Below the pieces are notes generated by a model. It searched no databases, was not told the DNA's origin, and saw only the letters and a list, made by a program, of their open reading frames with translations. DNA of 60,741 nucleotides, the filler included, from Sphacelaria rigidula (lineage: Eukaryota): NCBI GenBank assembly GCA_964200075.2. It is 9 parts of 9 records of this genome, joined end to end, with 100 filler letters (N's around TTAATTAATTAA, not from the genome) between each part and the next. Parts side by side here need not be neighbours in the genome. Positions count along the whole stretch, not along the records: positions 6,762 to 13,421 come from CAXNAA020018769.1; positions 13,522 to 20,181 come from CAXNAA020018770.1; positions 20,282 to 26,941 come from CAXNAA020018771.1; 6 more parts are not named here. The stretch is one strand, 5' to 3'. Positions 10,480 to 22,838 of the stretch are shown one piece after another. Made by a program: the position numbers and the translations under genes. The stretch's first letter is position 1. The number at the start of each line of letters is the position of its first letter.

Positions 10480-13260
10480 AAGCCCAACTGGACACGAGAT
10501 ACCATGGAGTCAAACAACGCCAACCCTTTCGGATGCCCATGATGCGCCGGCGGACCGCCGCTTTGCCGTTTCTTTACTTCTCCTGCCTCGGATTTGAAAC
10601 AGTCGTTATTCTAGCGGGAGAGACAACGCCTACATGAAAAGCACATGAGAAGCAGGGGTCTGGGAACGTCAGGCAGTTGCCACGCACAAGAATCGTGTCA
10701 TGATTTTTTGTGCCAACAAGCAGCATCCACGCGCAGGACCAGCACCACTCGGTGACGTGTGGAGACCAAAATGAGCAGTGGCAGTGATAGTGCCACGGGC
10801 GCACGCAGTGTCGCATGTGCAAACGTTCACAAGCCTTGGTCTGCGGACGCGCCGCCTCGAATGGAATCGCAGGGTGTGGGCGTCAACTCGGAGTAGGCGG
10901 AGGTGAGAGGGGGTGTCAACAGCGACTGCTACATGTACAGGCAGCAAAGCAGAAGGAAGGCCCGAACGCTGACGTTCACAGGCATTCGCATCCGGCAGCG
11001 CTGTAGCATGGAACCGAGTCAGCGGGTGGGGGCGAGTTCTTCGATGTTGACAATATGCGGTCTGGTTCGGGTAGCGTTGGGCTGACAAGAGATGTCGCCG
11101 GAAGCGTCACGTGATGCAGGACAAGACGTGGTGGAAGATGAGGAGGACGCCTATATCAGGTAGCGGAAAAATCGTCGCGTTGCGGCACACGGTTGTCGCC
11201 GTAGGACTGGGCGTCGCCATCTTTACGTGCAACCTTGTCCGTTGGGAAAATGAAACTACGAACGGTACGCGTTCAGGTGGTGGGCGCTCGGTGTGTTTCA
11301 TGGAAGGCGCACCGGCACCCTCCGTGCTACCGTGCCCCGAACGAGGGATGCGGAGGGGGGTGACGGGCGGTTCGGACGTGTGTGCTCACTCAGACTACGT
11401 AGATCTTCGCTCTTCAAGCGTAGGATTTCGTATCACAGAGTTCCCATCTGATCTGATTCTCCCATGAAAGGGAGTATGCCGACGTAGTCGAAGTGAGCAC
11501 AACCTCCGAACTGTCCCCGCATTTCCCCACTCCGGCGTCCATCGTCCTGGGCAGGGTAGCACGGAGGGTAGAGGTACCAATACTTCGTGGCCGCGGGTGA
11601 CGAAAACGCCCACTGACTCGCCTCCAATCAAAACCACCAAGCCTCCGCCAACGATACCCATATTCTCCGCAACCTCCCATTTCCAACACATGAGGTTGCA
11701 CTCGAGGACGGTGGCGCTCAACTCCACGACGTCAACCATACTCAGACCTGACGACTTTGCCGCGATGTCATGATACTCAGAAGCGACGTTGACTTCTTCT
11801 CCAAGTGAAACTGTCTGCATTGACTCGTGGATCGTCATGTATGATTTCTTCATGTAACTCCGCCCGTCAGCGGGTGCTACTATTCACCATGAGTCCTTTC
11901 AGAGACGCATGTTAACTGCCCTTCCCTCTCTTTAGACACTCTCGAGTAGTTTCCCGTCTACTGGACTGATACCACCAAGCTGGGATAAAGAATCTGAAGT
12001 CAACGCGAGTTCGCAAGTGACCTACTGACGAATGTCTAGGGAGGTTGTGTATACCACAAGGGTGTGCCTACCCCAAATGAAACAATTTCACGTCTGGCGT
12101 CGACGATAGGACAGATATGAAGGTGTTTCAGATGGGGTAGGCTTAGCCCTTGCGGTACCCACAGTCTCTCCAAAAAGTTACCATGCAATGGGTTACATAG
12201 AACCATGTTGGTCAGACAAAATACTCACGTTGTTTACAGCTTCAGTATTCTCCCCCAATAATCTCAGTAGTGTGTACCCAGCCGCTGGTGTCAGTCCGGT
12301 AGATGATGGGATACTCTGGCGTGTCTATAAATGGGGAAAGGGCGGGCTAAAATGCGTCCCCGAGATATGATGAATCATGAACAGTGACTATGAGTAGATT
12401 CGCCGCTCACAAGCAGGATCGCTCAACAGGTGGATATTAAAAAGCTCATGTCACGACCTACGGGTCTGCAAAGGCACATTCGTACGGCGGAGAATCGAAC
12501 ACCGCCTCCGGGCCTCTTGACAACAACCCAATACAGGAGTTCTTCGAGACATCCCGCTGAAACTTGCCCTGCATCATGTGATGCCTTCGGCGACATATCT
12601 CGTCCGCCTGACACTACCCAGACCAGATCGCACACTGCTGACGTCGAACAACTAGCCTTCACGAGCTGACTCAGTTACATGTAATGGCGTTGGCAACAAC
12701 AAGTCTCTGCGGGTGTCGGCCTCCGACCCTGTAATTTTCTCCGCTTCCTCTTCAGGGGCCGAGAAGACAAGAGCCGGGAGTGGAGCACGGCGCCTGTACA
12801 CCTTTCCGCGAAACTATGGCGATTGATACCTCTTACCCCACCTACTCCGAGTTGGAGCCAATAATACGCTACGACTCCCCCGGGAGCGGCGCGCCCGCAG
12901 GCTACGGCGTGTAACTTTCGCACATGCGATACTGCATGCACTCGTGGCCCCATCACCGTTCATGATGGTCTCAACCCCATCAATCGTGTACTGCTCGCCG
13001 TACGGCTGCACGCGAGCTGTTCACACGAAGTATTACGACACGAGTCTCATGCGTCGCGACGACCTAGTCGGCTCAGACTATCGTTGTCAACATGTAGGCC
13101 TCGTCTTCCACCCCCAAGAAACAACTGTTCCCAGTGCCAGGCGACAACAGAAGAAAGCGGTCAGCTGGCGGCCAACTGGCGCACCACATACGGTTCGGGC
13201 GCCCAAAGACTCCAACCATTCAGTTGTCCGTAACCTGAGATCCTCAGTTGTCCGGGCTTC
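10480..13260. repeat. Large diverged inverted duplication centred near 11440
   Basis: Reverse-complement blocks: 11310-11400/11480-11570, 11040-11125/12560-12650, 10880-10940/12790-12855, 10790-10835/12905-12950, 10600-10640/13090-13130. Confidence 0.8.
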
Positions 13261-13279
13261 GGGGGGTGCTATGCTATGT

Positions 13280-13360
13280 GGGGTGTACTGATGATCTCGC
13301 ATGCCATAGTCATAAGACCGTTGGCCTCGCATCCCTACAAAGCCGGGACGGAGCACGCCG
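13280..13360 (+). repeat. G-run-anchored ~80-bp dispersed repeat, subfamily A. Other copies: 7745-7823(-, degraded), 20130-20181(+), 23909-23991(-), 30585-30632(-), 33057-33139(+), 33802-33877(-), 57827-57909(+)
   Basis: Consensus Gn-TGTACTSATGAYCNTGCATGCCRTAGTCAYATGACCRTTGACCTCGCATCCCTACAAAGCCGGGACGGAGCACGCCG. Confidence 0.9.
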
Positions 13361-13594
13361 AGTGTTCGCCGGACCAGGCTCGCACTCAGTCACCGAGCGC
13401 GAGGCACCGTGGTGGGCTCGGNNNNNNNNNNNNNNNNNNNNNNNNNNNNNNNNNNNNNNNNNNNNTTAATTAATTAANNNNNNNNNNNNNNNNNNNNNNN
13501 NNNNNNNNNNNNNNNNNNNNNGTAAAATGTATAGGGCTTAAGGAAAGAGGGGGAGGAGGCAGCGGAAGCTTTTTTTTTTTTTTTCTTGAGTTAT

Positions 13595-14638
13595 ACCTTT
13601 CGGAACCGGGCCTTCAGAATGACCGAGTAGGCTGGTCAGGAATGACGTGTCTGGCGTCTGCACAAAACAGTGGCGTGTTGCTGAAAATCCGCGTATGTAA
13701 CCATAGGGTTATGACGAAGACCGGAAGTTTCATCCGAACTATTTTCAGGTGTAGGGTGCGCATTAGGTGGAGTACATCTGATGTGGTAAGCAGTATGAGT
13801 CGTGGTAAAGAGCTAGCTTTCAACAGGATGCGGCGACCGGCGGGCCGCCCGCCACTTGTGGCTTTGGATTATACTATTGCCCCCATCACCTTGCCACACA
13901 GCCCTTTGTTGTCGGGGGTGGGCCGCCATTTCCCCCCTTGTTGCATGCGGCAAATTCTCTTCGAAGCTAATCAACGTTGCAGCGCTCATTCATACAACAG
14001 TATAGTATACAGTACAATGTAGTACCCCTCTCCGACTGAAGCAGCAGCTGCCGCTGCATACTCCCTTGCACATTCTGGGCAGTTTTCGGCTACCGTGATC
14101 AACTGCCTGTATACAGCTTCTTGATCCCCATCCACTACGTAGTTGTTCACTGCACCCTGCAAGTCATCGCCACAGGGATAAGCAGAACTCATGGCAGTAG
14201 ATCCTTTTGTCTTTCCCCAGCCCACCTGGTTTTAGTGCGTGGTGAAAATGACCAGATGGCAACATCTACACTCCTTCCCGGGTTTTCTCGGCCCACCGTG
14301 TGTTAGGGTAAATAACTACGTTTCAGTATAGATCTGGGACCCAAAAAACGCTGTGGAAAAACTCGGGAACTGTATACTGAGTGCAAGGAATACCATAAAA
14401 TCAAGCTGCGACCGCCCTGCACTTGGAAACCTGGGAAGGCTTATCTGGGTCAGGGATAGGGCCCCACACGATCTTTGCAGGGGCGTCACATCCGATAACA
14501 ATCCCCGCGCTGGTCGTTCGAGTCTGGTCGATAAATTTCGCCTCGCTGTGATTGGGGATGTCGCTCGAAGACTTGTGTTCTATTATTCCACTGACACAGG
14601 GTCAACCCTGTGTTAGTGGGGGTCCGGTCCCAAAAGGG
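13595..14638. mobile_element. Non-autonomous piggyBac-like element
   Basis: Ends CCTTTCGGAACCGG...CCGGTCCCAAAAGGG with TTAT/TTGA flanks (degenerate TTAA); 13600-14385 is homologous, inverted, to 56130-56929. Confidence 0.6.
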
Positions 14639-14769
14639 TTGAGGGCAATAATCAGTTTTCAGGTTTCAGCAAAACGCCCTTAAATCACGAAAAAAAAGAA
14701 CTTCTGGTGGTTCTTCCCCATTTTTAATTATGCCCCATTCATTATCCATATCAAATTTTAGGGTCTAAC

Positions 14770-17700
14770 TCCAAATATTGGCCGGCGCATCCGCCTGCAA
14801 ACTTTTCATGAAGCCTCTGGGCTGGCCCGGCTCCCAGCCACTGGCAGCGACGGCGTGCATCACCGCATGCCGACTAAATCTATCTGTAAACAACAAAATA
14901 TACTTATGACCACTATCCGTCAGGGGTAAGGGGCCGAAATAGTCTCACGAAACTACTTCTCCAGGCCCGTTTGGGAGTGGCATGGAAATAATCGGCCAAA
15001 GAACTGTTTGACGTGAAGTTTTTCGCGCCTGACACAGAAGACAACGCCTCACCCACCAACGTACACACTGGTCCATACCAATCCACCAATAAAAACGCTC
15101 AAGCATCTGGGAGGTCCGAGCAACTCCCAGATGTGTCGATGCTTGCGCATGACACTCATGGAGAACCCATGGGCGCAGCAGCATCGGCACATAAATTCGT
15201 GTGGGGTCATCATCTAACAAGCAGGCATGTTTACTGGTAGGTTTCACCCACACGAAGGGGCGCTGTGGGCCGGCGAACTAAGCGAGCGACACCACCATCA
15301 TCCGTATAAAGCATACCTTTCCGCGACACAGTAACTTCATCCTGTGTGGGGGCTTTGTGGTTACCACCGGGCAAGAGGAATTTGGTTGCTGGAAAAGGAG
15401 ACGGGTAGCCCTTGGATAGATAATGCATAGCCGCTCTACAAGCAGGTTCAGCTTGTTGTTCCCTGGCCCAATCAGCGTGGGAGAGAACGGTCAAACGTTT
15501 CTAAAATACACTATCCGACGGGTTGTCCAAATTGAAGGGGTTCGTGTCACGGCGGTATTGACTCGAATCAGGGATGTTTGGATCATGCGCGGGGGGAGCA
15601 GTTAGTGTACTTTCAAGCGGAACATCGTCTTCGAATCCTTCGTCGACTAGCGCATCGGATAATGAGGCATCAGTGAGTACACATCATCCATCACCGGGGA
15701 AGGGGGGCAAAAGCCGAGGCTTCGGATATGGTAGGTAAGGGTGACGTGGATGGGGTCGATCTTCTGGGGGGCCTTGCGTCGCGGTGGTTGAGGGGGAGCA
15801 AGGAAAGTATCGGGCACCGGGATGGGGCTTGGGATGGGAAGGTCCGGGTCAGAGGCCGCCAGGGTGGCGGCCGTTTCGGCGGCCCGTCGTCCCCGGGTTC
15901 TACCCAGGATAAGATTTCGCACTTTAACCGGGAGGATGAAGTCAGCATCAGACGGTTCTACATCTGCAGCACAAACCATTCAATGACCAGTTGCACGGAA
16001 ATGACCATACCCGCTCGAGTTTGTACTAGCTCCACTCCACCCTGAGCACAATGATTGTGGTGGCATACTGCCTACTACACAAGCGTGACCTGTAGTCGCC
16101 AGCCCATCCATGCCAAGTGACGAGTTGTTATTCAGTGAGAGTGGTGTGTAGATTCCGCTATGACGTTTCTGCTACTGAAATATACAATGTCTTCGGTGGT
16201 ATCTGTGAAACGTCCCAAGGCGGAGCTGTCGATGGGTTGGGCCGGGATGGGCAAGCGAGACAGAAAATTAGCGTTTGCGTTTGGAGGTCCTGTTCGACAC
16301 TTCAGCGTGAAGTTGTAAGAAGACAGGATTTCAAACCAGCGTTGGACCCGGGCGTTGTGTTCCGCCATTTTGGCGAGGTTTTTCGAAGACTTATGATCTA
16401 TATAAATCACGAACGGAATGTCATACAAGTACTGACGGAGACGTCGCAGTCCCCAAACAATCGCACCGGCCTCTTGTTCCATGACCGACCAGTTTTGTTC
16501 GTTTGGGTAGGTGGTTCGACTCAAATATACAATGAGGCGAATATTAGCATCTGGTTGTTCCTGCTCCAACGTGCAGCCAAGGCCAATTTTGAAGGAATCC
16601 GTGTGAAGTCGGAATGGACGTGAACCATTTTCAGCGGCCGACCAGTCTGGGAAAACCAAGATTGGTGGTCGCGAGAGGGTGTCAATTAGTTGAGGTACGA
16701 TTTTCTCCATTTCCGAGGTGAACGCGAATTTCACTCCTTTTTTTAAAAGGAAGGTGAGAGGTTTGAGGGTTTGGGCTAGGTTCAGCAAATACTGTCGGTA
16801 GTAGCTCAAACCGCCGAGCAAGAATCGCAGTTGAAATGTATCCCTTGGCATGGGCATGTCTGGAAGTGCGGCAACCTTGTTGAGGTCTGGACCACGACCT
16901 TCAGGAGTGATACAGTGGCCCAGGAATTCGATGCTAGTCGCTCCAATGCGGGATTTGGACGAGGCAAGTATCAAGTTGTGTTCTTTTAAGCGAGCGAAGA
17001 AAGATGTCAAGTGCTCGACGTGTTCGGAAGGAGTGCTTCCGTGTATGACCGCGTCATCGAGGTACATATGGCACTTGGACAATCAATCTACCACACGAAA
17101 CATCACACGTTGAAATGCCCCGGGGGCGCCGGCGGCACCGTATAGTGTTACCAACCATTCATACAGGCATTACGTTGTACAAAACGCCGTCAGTTAGTTC
17201 TATAGATTGCAGATCCATCACAAGTTGGTGGTAGCCGGACTGCATGTCAAAGTTCGAAAATACTTTACCCCCGCCAAGAGAGTCGATGATTTCATCTATC
17301 CAGGGAAGAGGTAGACGTGCGATTTTGGTGAGTGCGTTCAATTGTTGGTAATTGACCGTCAGTCTGGTCTTACCGTTTTTCTTCCGGACGACAACAAGCG
17401 GCGAGGCCCACAGGGCGATAATCTATTTAGCAATGCAGAAGGAGGTTTTTGGTCAGGTGCGTTAACGGCATCATCCACCACCATCGGGCGAGATTTGTGT
17501 AACGGCGGAGAGTTCACGTTGATCGAGGTGTCTCGTTGCATCTTCCGTTCGGTTGCCAGACACACGTTCGACAAGCCTGTCCGTAGGAGGGCGCCTGAGC
17601 AAAACCTGACAACTGACCGGGGAGTATATCGAAACATGCAGAGAACGTGAGAGGAATGGATTGTCTACCCTCGTGGATGAATACTTCGGTCTGGTTGAAG

Positions 17701-18330
17701 GTGCCTACATCATGAGCCGATTGATTTGGGCTGATGAGTTCGACCAAGTAATGCACAGTGCGGGCAGGGGATCCGTTCCGTCTCACAAGGTTCACATGTA
17801 TGAGTTGGGGTTGAAGGGATGAGGAGGTTACGTATTCGCCAACATAGTATAGTCGGAAAGCATCACCTGTTTGAGTTGGATCATCGACATAGGCATAAGC
17901 CCCCTAAGCAGTTTCGTGACATCCCAATATTTCAATCTGCCAGTCTTGGGATGGTGCAAAACAGGTGTGTCTGACGTGTATTAATGAGTAGAAAACCGTA
18001 GCCAACTATCATGCCCTAGTAAAACATCAACCGACATGGAACCATTGGGCACTCTGAGAGCCCATACGGATAATCGCACAGTCGGACACGAGTCGGACAT
18101 GTGTCCTCGAAAAATTGCACACCAAGTCTTTCCGATCGATCAAGCGTAAGTGAAGTGGAAGCACCAAACCAACCCAAAACACGTGGGGAAACCGTAGAAA
18201 CGCAGTGTGTGTCCGCAGCCCCCGCGTTGATTATTTGTTGCCAGCAGCTGGCGGTGATGAACGGTTGAGGCGAGCCTGAATCGGGCAACGCAGCAGCTAA
18301 TAAAAGGCATATTGTATGCATTCCACTGTG
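14770..18330 (-). pseudogene. Ty3/Gypsy pol remnant (PR-RT-RNaseH-IN), frameshifted, integrase truncated
   Basis: PR AALPDSGS; RT PLPWIDEIIDSLGGGKVFSNFDMQSGYHQ and MYLDD; RNaseH FRLHTDS...IGLG; IN HECH...HLG...RFYWW...CLLC and DYFGPLP...LLFTDRFSR. Gag probably extends to about 19850. Confidence 0.93.
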
Positions 18331-20281
18331 TACACCTATTTTCGTTGTAAAGGAGGCATCATCCATGATTGCAGTACCGCTGACTAGATCCGGTCCAAAT
18401 TCTGGCAAGAAATTTGTGGACAAACCGTGCTTGTGATTGTGAGCGGCTGTGCTGAAAAACACACGCTGATGATCCTTTGGAGCAAGATTTCTGTTCGAAG
18501 GTGGGTTGGGGCACGCAGTGTTGGTCGCAGTTGGTGGAGGATCGGTCGAGTGCTGAATTTCGTACACTGTAAGTAAGGGACGGACGATATCTGGGAAGGG
18601 CAGTTGTCGTGGCTGACCTCGACAACTGGTGGGGCTGGTTCGAAAGACCTCGGTCGCCCGCAACAAGTAGCGAAGCGTCTGTTTGCGAAGCTGGCGAAGG
18701 TACAGCATGAAGTGGGGGCAAACAAGGAGACGTTTCGTCAGTCAAAGGGTGAAGGAGGTTTGGCTACGGTAGTCAATTCGCTACCCATCTTAGTTGGGGA
18801 CGACGTTGGTAAAATAGGGGATGAGCGGCCAAGCGTGGACGGCTCGTTGGTCACTACGCCACGTTTTCCTTGTGATGAAGAAATATACGTGGGGTTTTCA
18901 TGAAAAAGAGGCCAACGCCCAATTGGCAGCGAGGTATCTGACCCAAAAGATGACAACGCTATTTTAGAGGTGGATTCTAGTATAGAGTGTGAGGGGTCGA
19001 CAGGGAGCAGTGTTGATCTGTTCGAAATCTGGGAAACACCGGCCTGATCGATAGAATCGTTCTTATCTAATGAAACCCACACCCGTTCACGATTTCGGTG
19101 GACGGGTGCAACTGTATCTTCAGGGATATCTACAGGGTCATCTGGAGGAGCCCGCCGAGGGTGCCGCGTATAGCGCACAAAAGGTTCGGCTGCTCCAGGG
19201 GCTATTGGGAATTGGTCAAGGACAGCCCGCCCTCGGTCACGCTCGTGGCGCTTTACCGGCGCTGTTATTTGGGGTTCCTTCCCAACCCGCTGAGCGACGG
19301 AAAGCCAGGGTTCGACACGGTTGCGCTCCGTGCTCGAAAAATTACGCTCACCAAAAAAAAGGGGATCGGGCACCGACGTCACTTCGTTTGTGGGTGTAAC
19401 AGGGGTCGGCTTGGCATCTAAGCATGTTTGGGGGCTGGTGTGTGGCCTTGACTTTACTGTCCCACGATGAACGGTTGCAGGGGTAACAGCTACCACGACA
19501 AAAAATGTACCTGCTTCGGAGGCGGAAGGTGTTACACTACATGACTGCCGATCCCGCGAGGATAAATGATCCAACTGGCTATGATTAATACCACTTGAAG
19601 GTAAAACTAGGTGATCAGCTCTAGAATTGAAGCACTGGGGTTGGTCATCACGCAATTGGGAGTCATGCAACGATGCACGGGATTCTGCTGCCATGGTACC
19701 CATCATGACAGTCTGATCGAGCCCAGGGTACCCGCACCACAGACCTGAACCTGTGCCGTCCGACATTGATTCAGTTCTGTGATGTGTGTCTACTGGCCGA
19801 GCGAAAGAAGAGGGGGCGGCACTTCCGCGGCGTGTTGCCGTCAATCGTTGGTTCCCTAATGTGGGCCTGTGGCGGACAATGGGGAATGAGCGCGAAGTGT
19901 AATCAGAACATGTAGAGGGCGACAGCTCAATGACGTCAGCAGTCGCACACTCGGGGTTACCGCACTGTTTTCTACATTTCCAGAATACCGTCAGGTGATA
20001 CGTTTAGCATCAGTGGAGGAACGGTTCTCTTCCTGGCGGGGTTCAGCCGGTGCAGCAATTTCCGCTGTGAACGGTTGGCGAGCATCTTGTGACTGATTCT
20101 GCATTTGCGGATGAAAAGCGCCATGAGGAGGGGGGGGGGGGGGGGACTCATGATCATGCATGCCATAGTCACAAGACTATTNNNNNNNNNNNNNNNNNNN
20201 NNNNNNNNNNNNNNNNNNNNNNNNNTTAATTAATTAANNNNNNNNNNNNNNNNNNNNNNNNNNNNNNNNNNNNNNNNNNNN

Positions 20282-20468
20282 TGTGCTTTCCGATCTATAA
20301 AAGGCAAGCACCGCAGAAGGAAGGTGAGGTAGTAAAAACAAATGAAAAAAGAGAAAGCTCCTGTGTTGACCTTCCTCCCGTGTTACCCCGGCTGATGCGC
20401 CCACATATCCCGAAAGGTGTCGACTGGCGCCCAGAATAAATGGGACGATAACACACAACACACACATA
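20282..20468 (+). mobile_element. 3' part of tRNA-derived SINE family 1
   Basis: GCACCGCAGAAGGAAGGTGA...GCCCACATAT...CA-rich tail; homologous to 28480-29010 and 39555-39920. Confidence 0.75.
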
Positions 20469-22418
20469 GAGTGCCTTCGTTCGACAAATGCCATCAGCAC
20501 CCATTTCGGTTCCAACTCAAGGGACACGTGAATTGTGTGCGGTACTATCCGGATATGTGGCAGCGTCCGCTGCGTTGTATCACTTCACAACTAGTTTCTA
20601 CTGCTGAATATTGCTGTATGCCACCATCATACCATCTACGCAGTGCGCAATCTACATGATAGGGTGCGGTTCGGGACGCCCATCCGTACTGTGAGGCCTT
20701 TGTAGATTGCTCAATCCGATTGCAATCCTGGAAAAAGTACCAGTGAGAAGGGAGTGGTCCAAGGCTAGTCTTCCGTTCAACACCAAGCAGCCCGCAAACG
20801 CCCGCATTCGCAAACCTAATCCGCTCCTCGGAAAGGTGGCCAGACTGTACGTATCTATCCCCGATGGACCGCACGAAACGGACCACGGTCCGCAGTGTCG
20901 AGTTTTGTTTAGTGGGCTCAATACATGCGACGAGTCAGCCGGCGTCAATCTGAGAGCCCTCAAGAGCAGAATCACGGGAATAAATAGAAATCCTTGCGTT
21001 CTCTAGACATATTGGGTTGTGACCCCTCAGCTTTTGTGATGACTTTCGTCAACGACCTGTTGTAATGAAGGCTTGGTGTTGTAGAGCTCACGAGCGATGG
21101 TAAGCTCGTGCCTCGAAGCTACGGTTGCCGGTGCAGGAAAAACGCTTATCGACGCTTGCGACCGAGAGGGTCGATACTACCGTACCAGTACTGCTACGTT
21201 GCAGTGCGGTATCTGAGCATTTTTGTTGGACTATTATATTTGATGTGTTTGGGTGCGTACGTGCGCGAAGTGCGAAAAGCAACGTGGGTTTTGCTCGACT
21301 AATTTTGAACAGCTTCACCTGAGAGGTTAGGAGCTGATGTTTACGAGATGCAACTATTGATGCGCAGAGAATGACCGAGGTGCTAGAGGGAAATGACGTA
21401 CAGAAAGTTGGAGCCATTTTTGAATCCTGAACAGAGGGCAAGTCTATTTGTCCATGAATTAGCGAAAAAAGCACATATCTTCATGACTCCGGAGAACATC
21501 CTCTTTTGGCTTCACCATCTAGAACGTGCTCATCAATTTTTTGCGTATACTTCCTTGAAGTGGGCTGATCATTCCATTATTTGTCTTGAAGCCAATTATT
21601 GATCGTGGGTACGGCATATTTGGAAGGGGTTGACAGTCACGCCAGCTAAGCGCCATTTCTTTGCTTCGCAACATGTGCACAGCTGAGTTTAAGGCACCAC
21701 CAACTGAAACTTCACACAAGGTCACCGTCCAGTTGCGGAACGTGGCTGAAGGTCCGAAGATAGGAATTTCATCCAAAAAAAAGGGGCGAAGAACAAAAAA
21801 CTGGAAACTTGGAGCGGATCGAAAATGCTACGGAATGAAAAGCGAATCGCAATCCTCAACGAATCAAAACATAGGACCACGCACCCCACACAAACGAAAA
21901 TGTTCACACGTCGGACAGCTTTTGGGCTACCTCAAGATCACTTCTTCTTAGTGCAGTGATCCGGATCATGGGCTAGGTTAGTTGGTCCCTTTCTTCAAAT
22001 TCGCCCCGAACAGTATTTCATCATCAACACGCGCAGTATGTCGAGGGATGCCAAGGGAAAAAAACGACAGGCCGTTAGAGCGATTTGAAATTTCGGCAAA
22101 CACTGGATAAATAGCACAACTCCGTGAAAAAACAAAACGGCGGCATCCCCAGACATGTTGTGCGTGCTTGCTCGCAGGGGATCCTGGTAAAAATTCGATA
22201 AAAAAAATCCTGAAATTGGGCGCAGCCGGGCACCTTTCGTGGGACACGGCTGCACCCTGGTGGTCAAACTGATGCAATAGCCTCCAATTACACAGGTCAC
22301 GACTTAGAATCCCGACACCACCATTTATATTTTTTGCATAATTGAATCGTGCGTAATCTCCGGCTCCTCCCGAGGTTGCGAAGGGTCCCGATATTTTGGT
22401 GACGGTGTTGCATTTGGT

Positions 22419-22838
22419 GGGGGTATAGCGCAGTTTCAAGTAGTGCTTCTCCCTCCTACGGTGGTACATGACAGTCGGCTCGGAGGTACCTTCCCATGGT
22501 GAAGCTCGATGCCATCTTGCAGCACTACCAGTGTGCTTTTTCCTGCGCATATCGGGTGTTCGCGTGGCTGTGCGCCGCAACCGTCTATCGTAATTCCGCC
22601 GCATTTTGTGGAAGGAAACGTCTCCAGACACGCTGTCACGTCATGACACGAGACGTACCCGGTACTCAATGCAGTACAATGACACCATCGCCAAAACTGC
22701 GCCAATCGACCAGCGGCGGTGCCGTGCCTCACCAGGTTGGTCTTCAGTCAACAACGATATGCTCAAGTCGGACTGACTTGGGAAACGTGAGAAGTCGTGG
22801 TGTGAAATGCAAATGCGGGGTTTGCTGCTGGCCCAGCT
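22419..22838. repeat. Left arm of ~420-bp inverted repeat; partner at 26511-26941
   Basis: For example GTCACGTCATGACACGAGACGTACCCGGTACTCAATGCAGTACAAT matches the reverse complement near 26668-26714. Confidence 0.9.

Noticed and set aside
13284..13360. Hammerhead or twister ribozyme in the mini-repeat (CTGATGA; CCCTACAAAGCCGGG)
   Set aside because: CTGATGA is CTCATGA in several copies, there is no GAAAC core, and other conserved twister elements are not apparent
18738..19844. 368-aa ORF as a host gene
   Set aside because: No recognisable domain; directly upstream of Gypsy pol, so probably decayed gag or UTR sequence
20500..21950. Decayed coding sequence; similar regions at 650-1090 and 41000-43900
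   Set aside because: Stops in all frames and no motif I could assign
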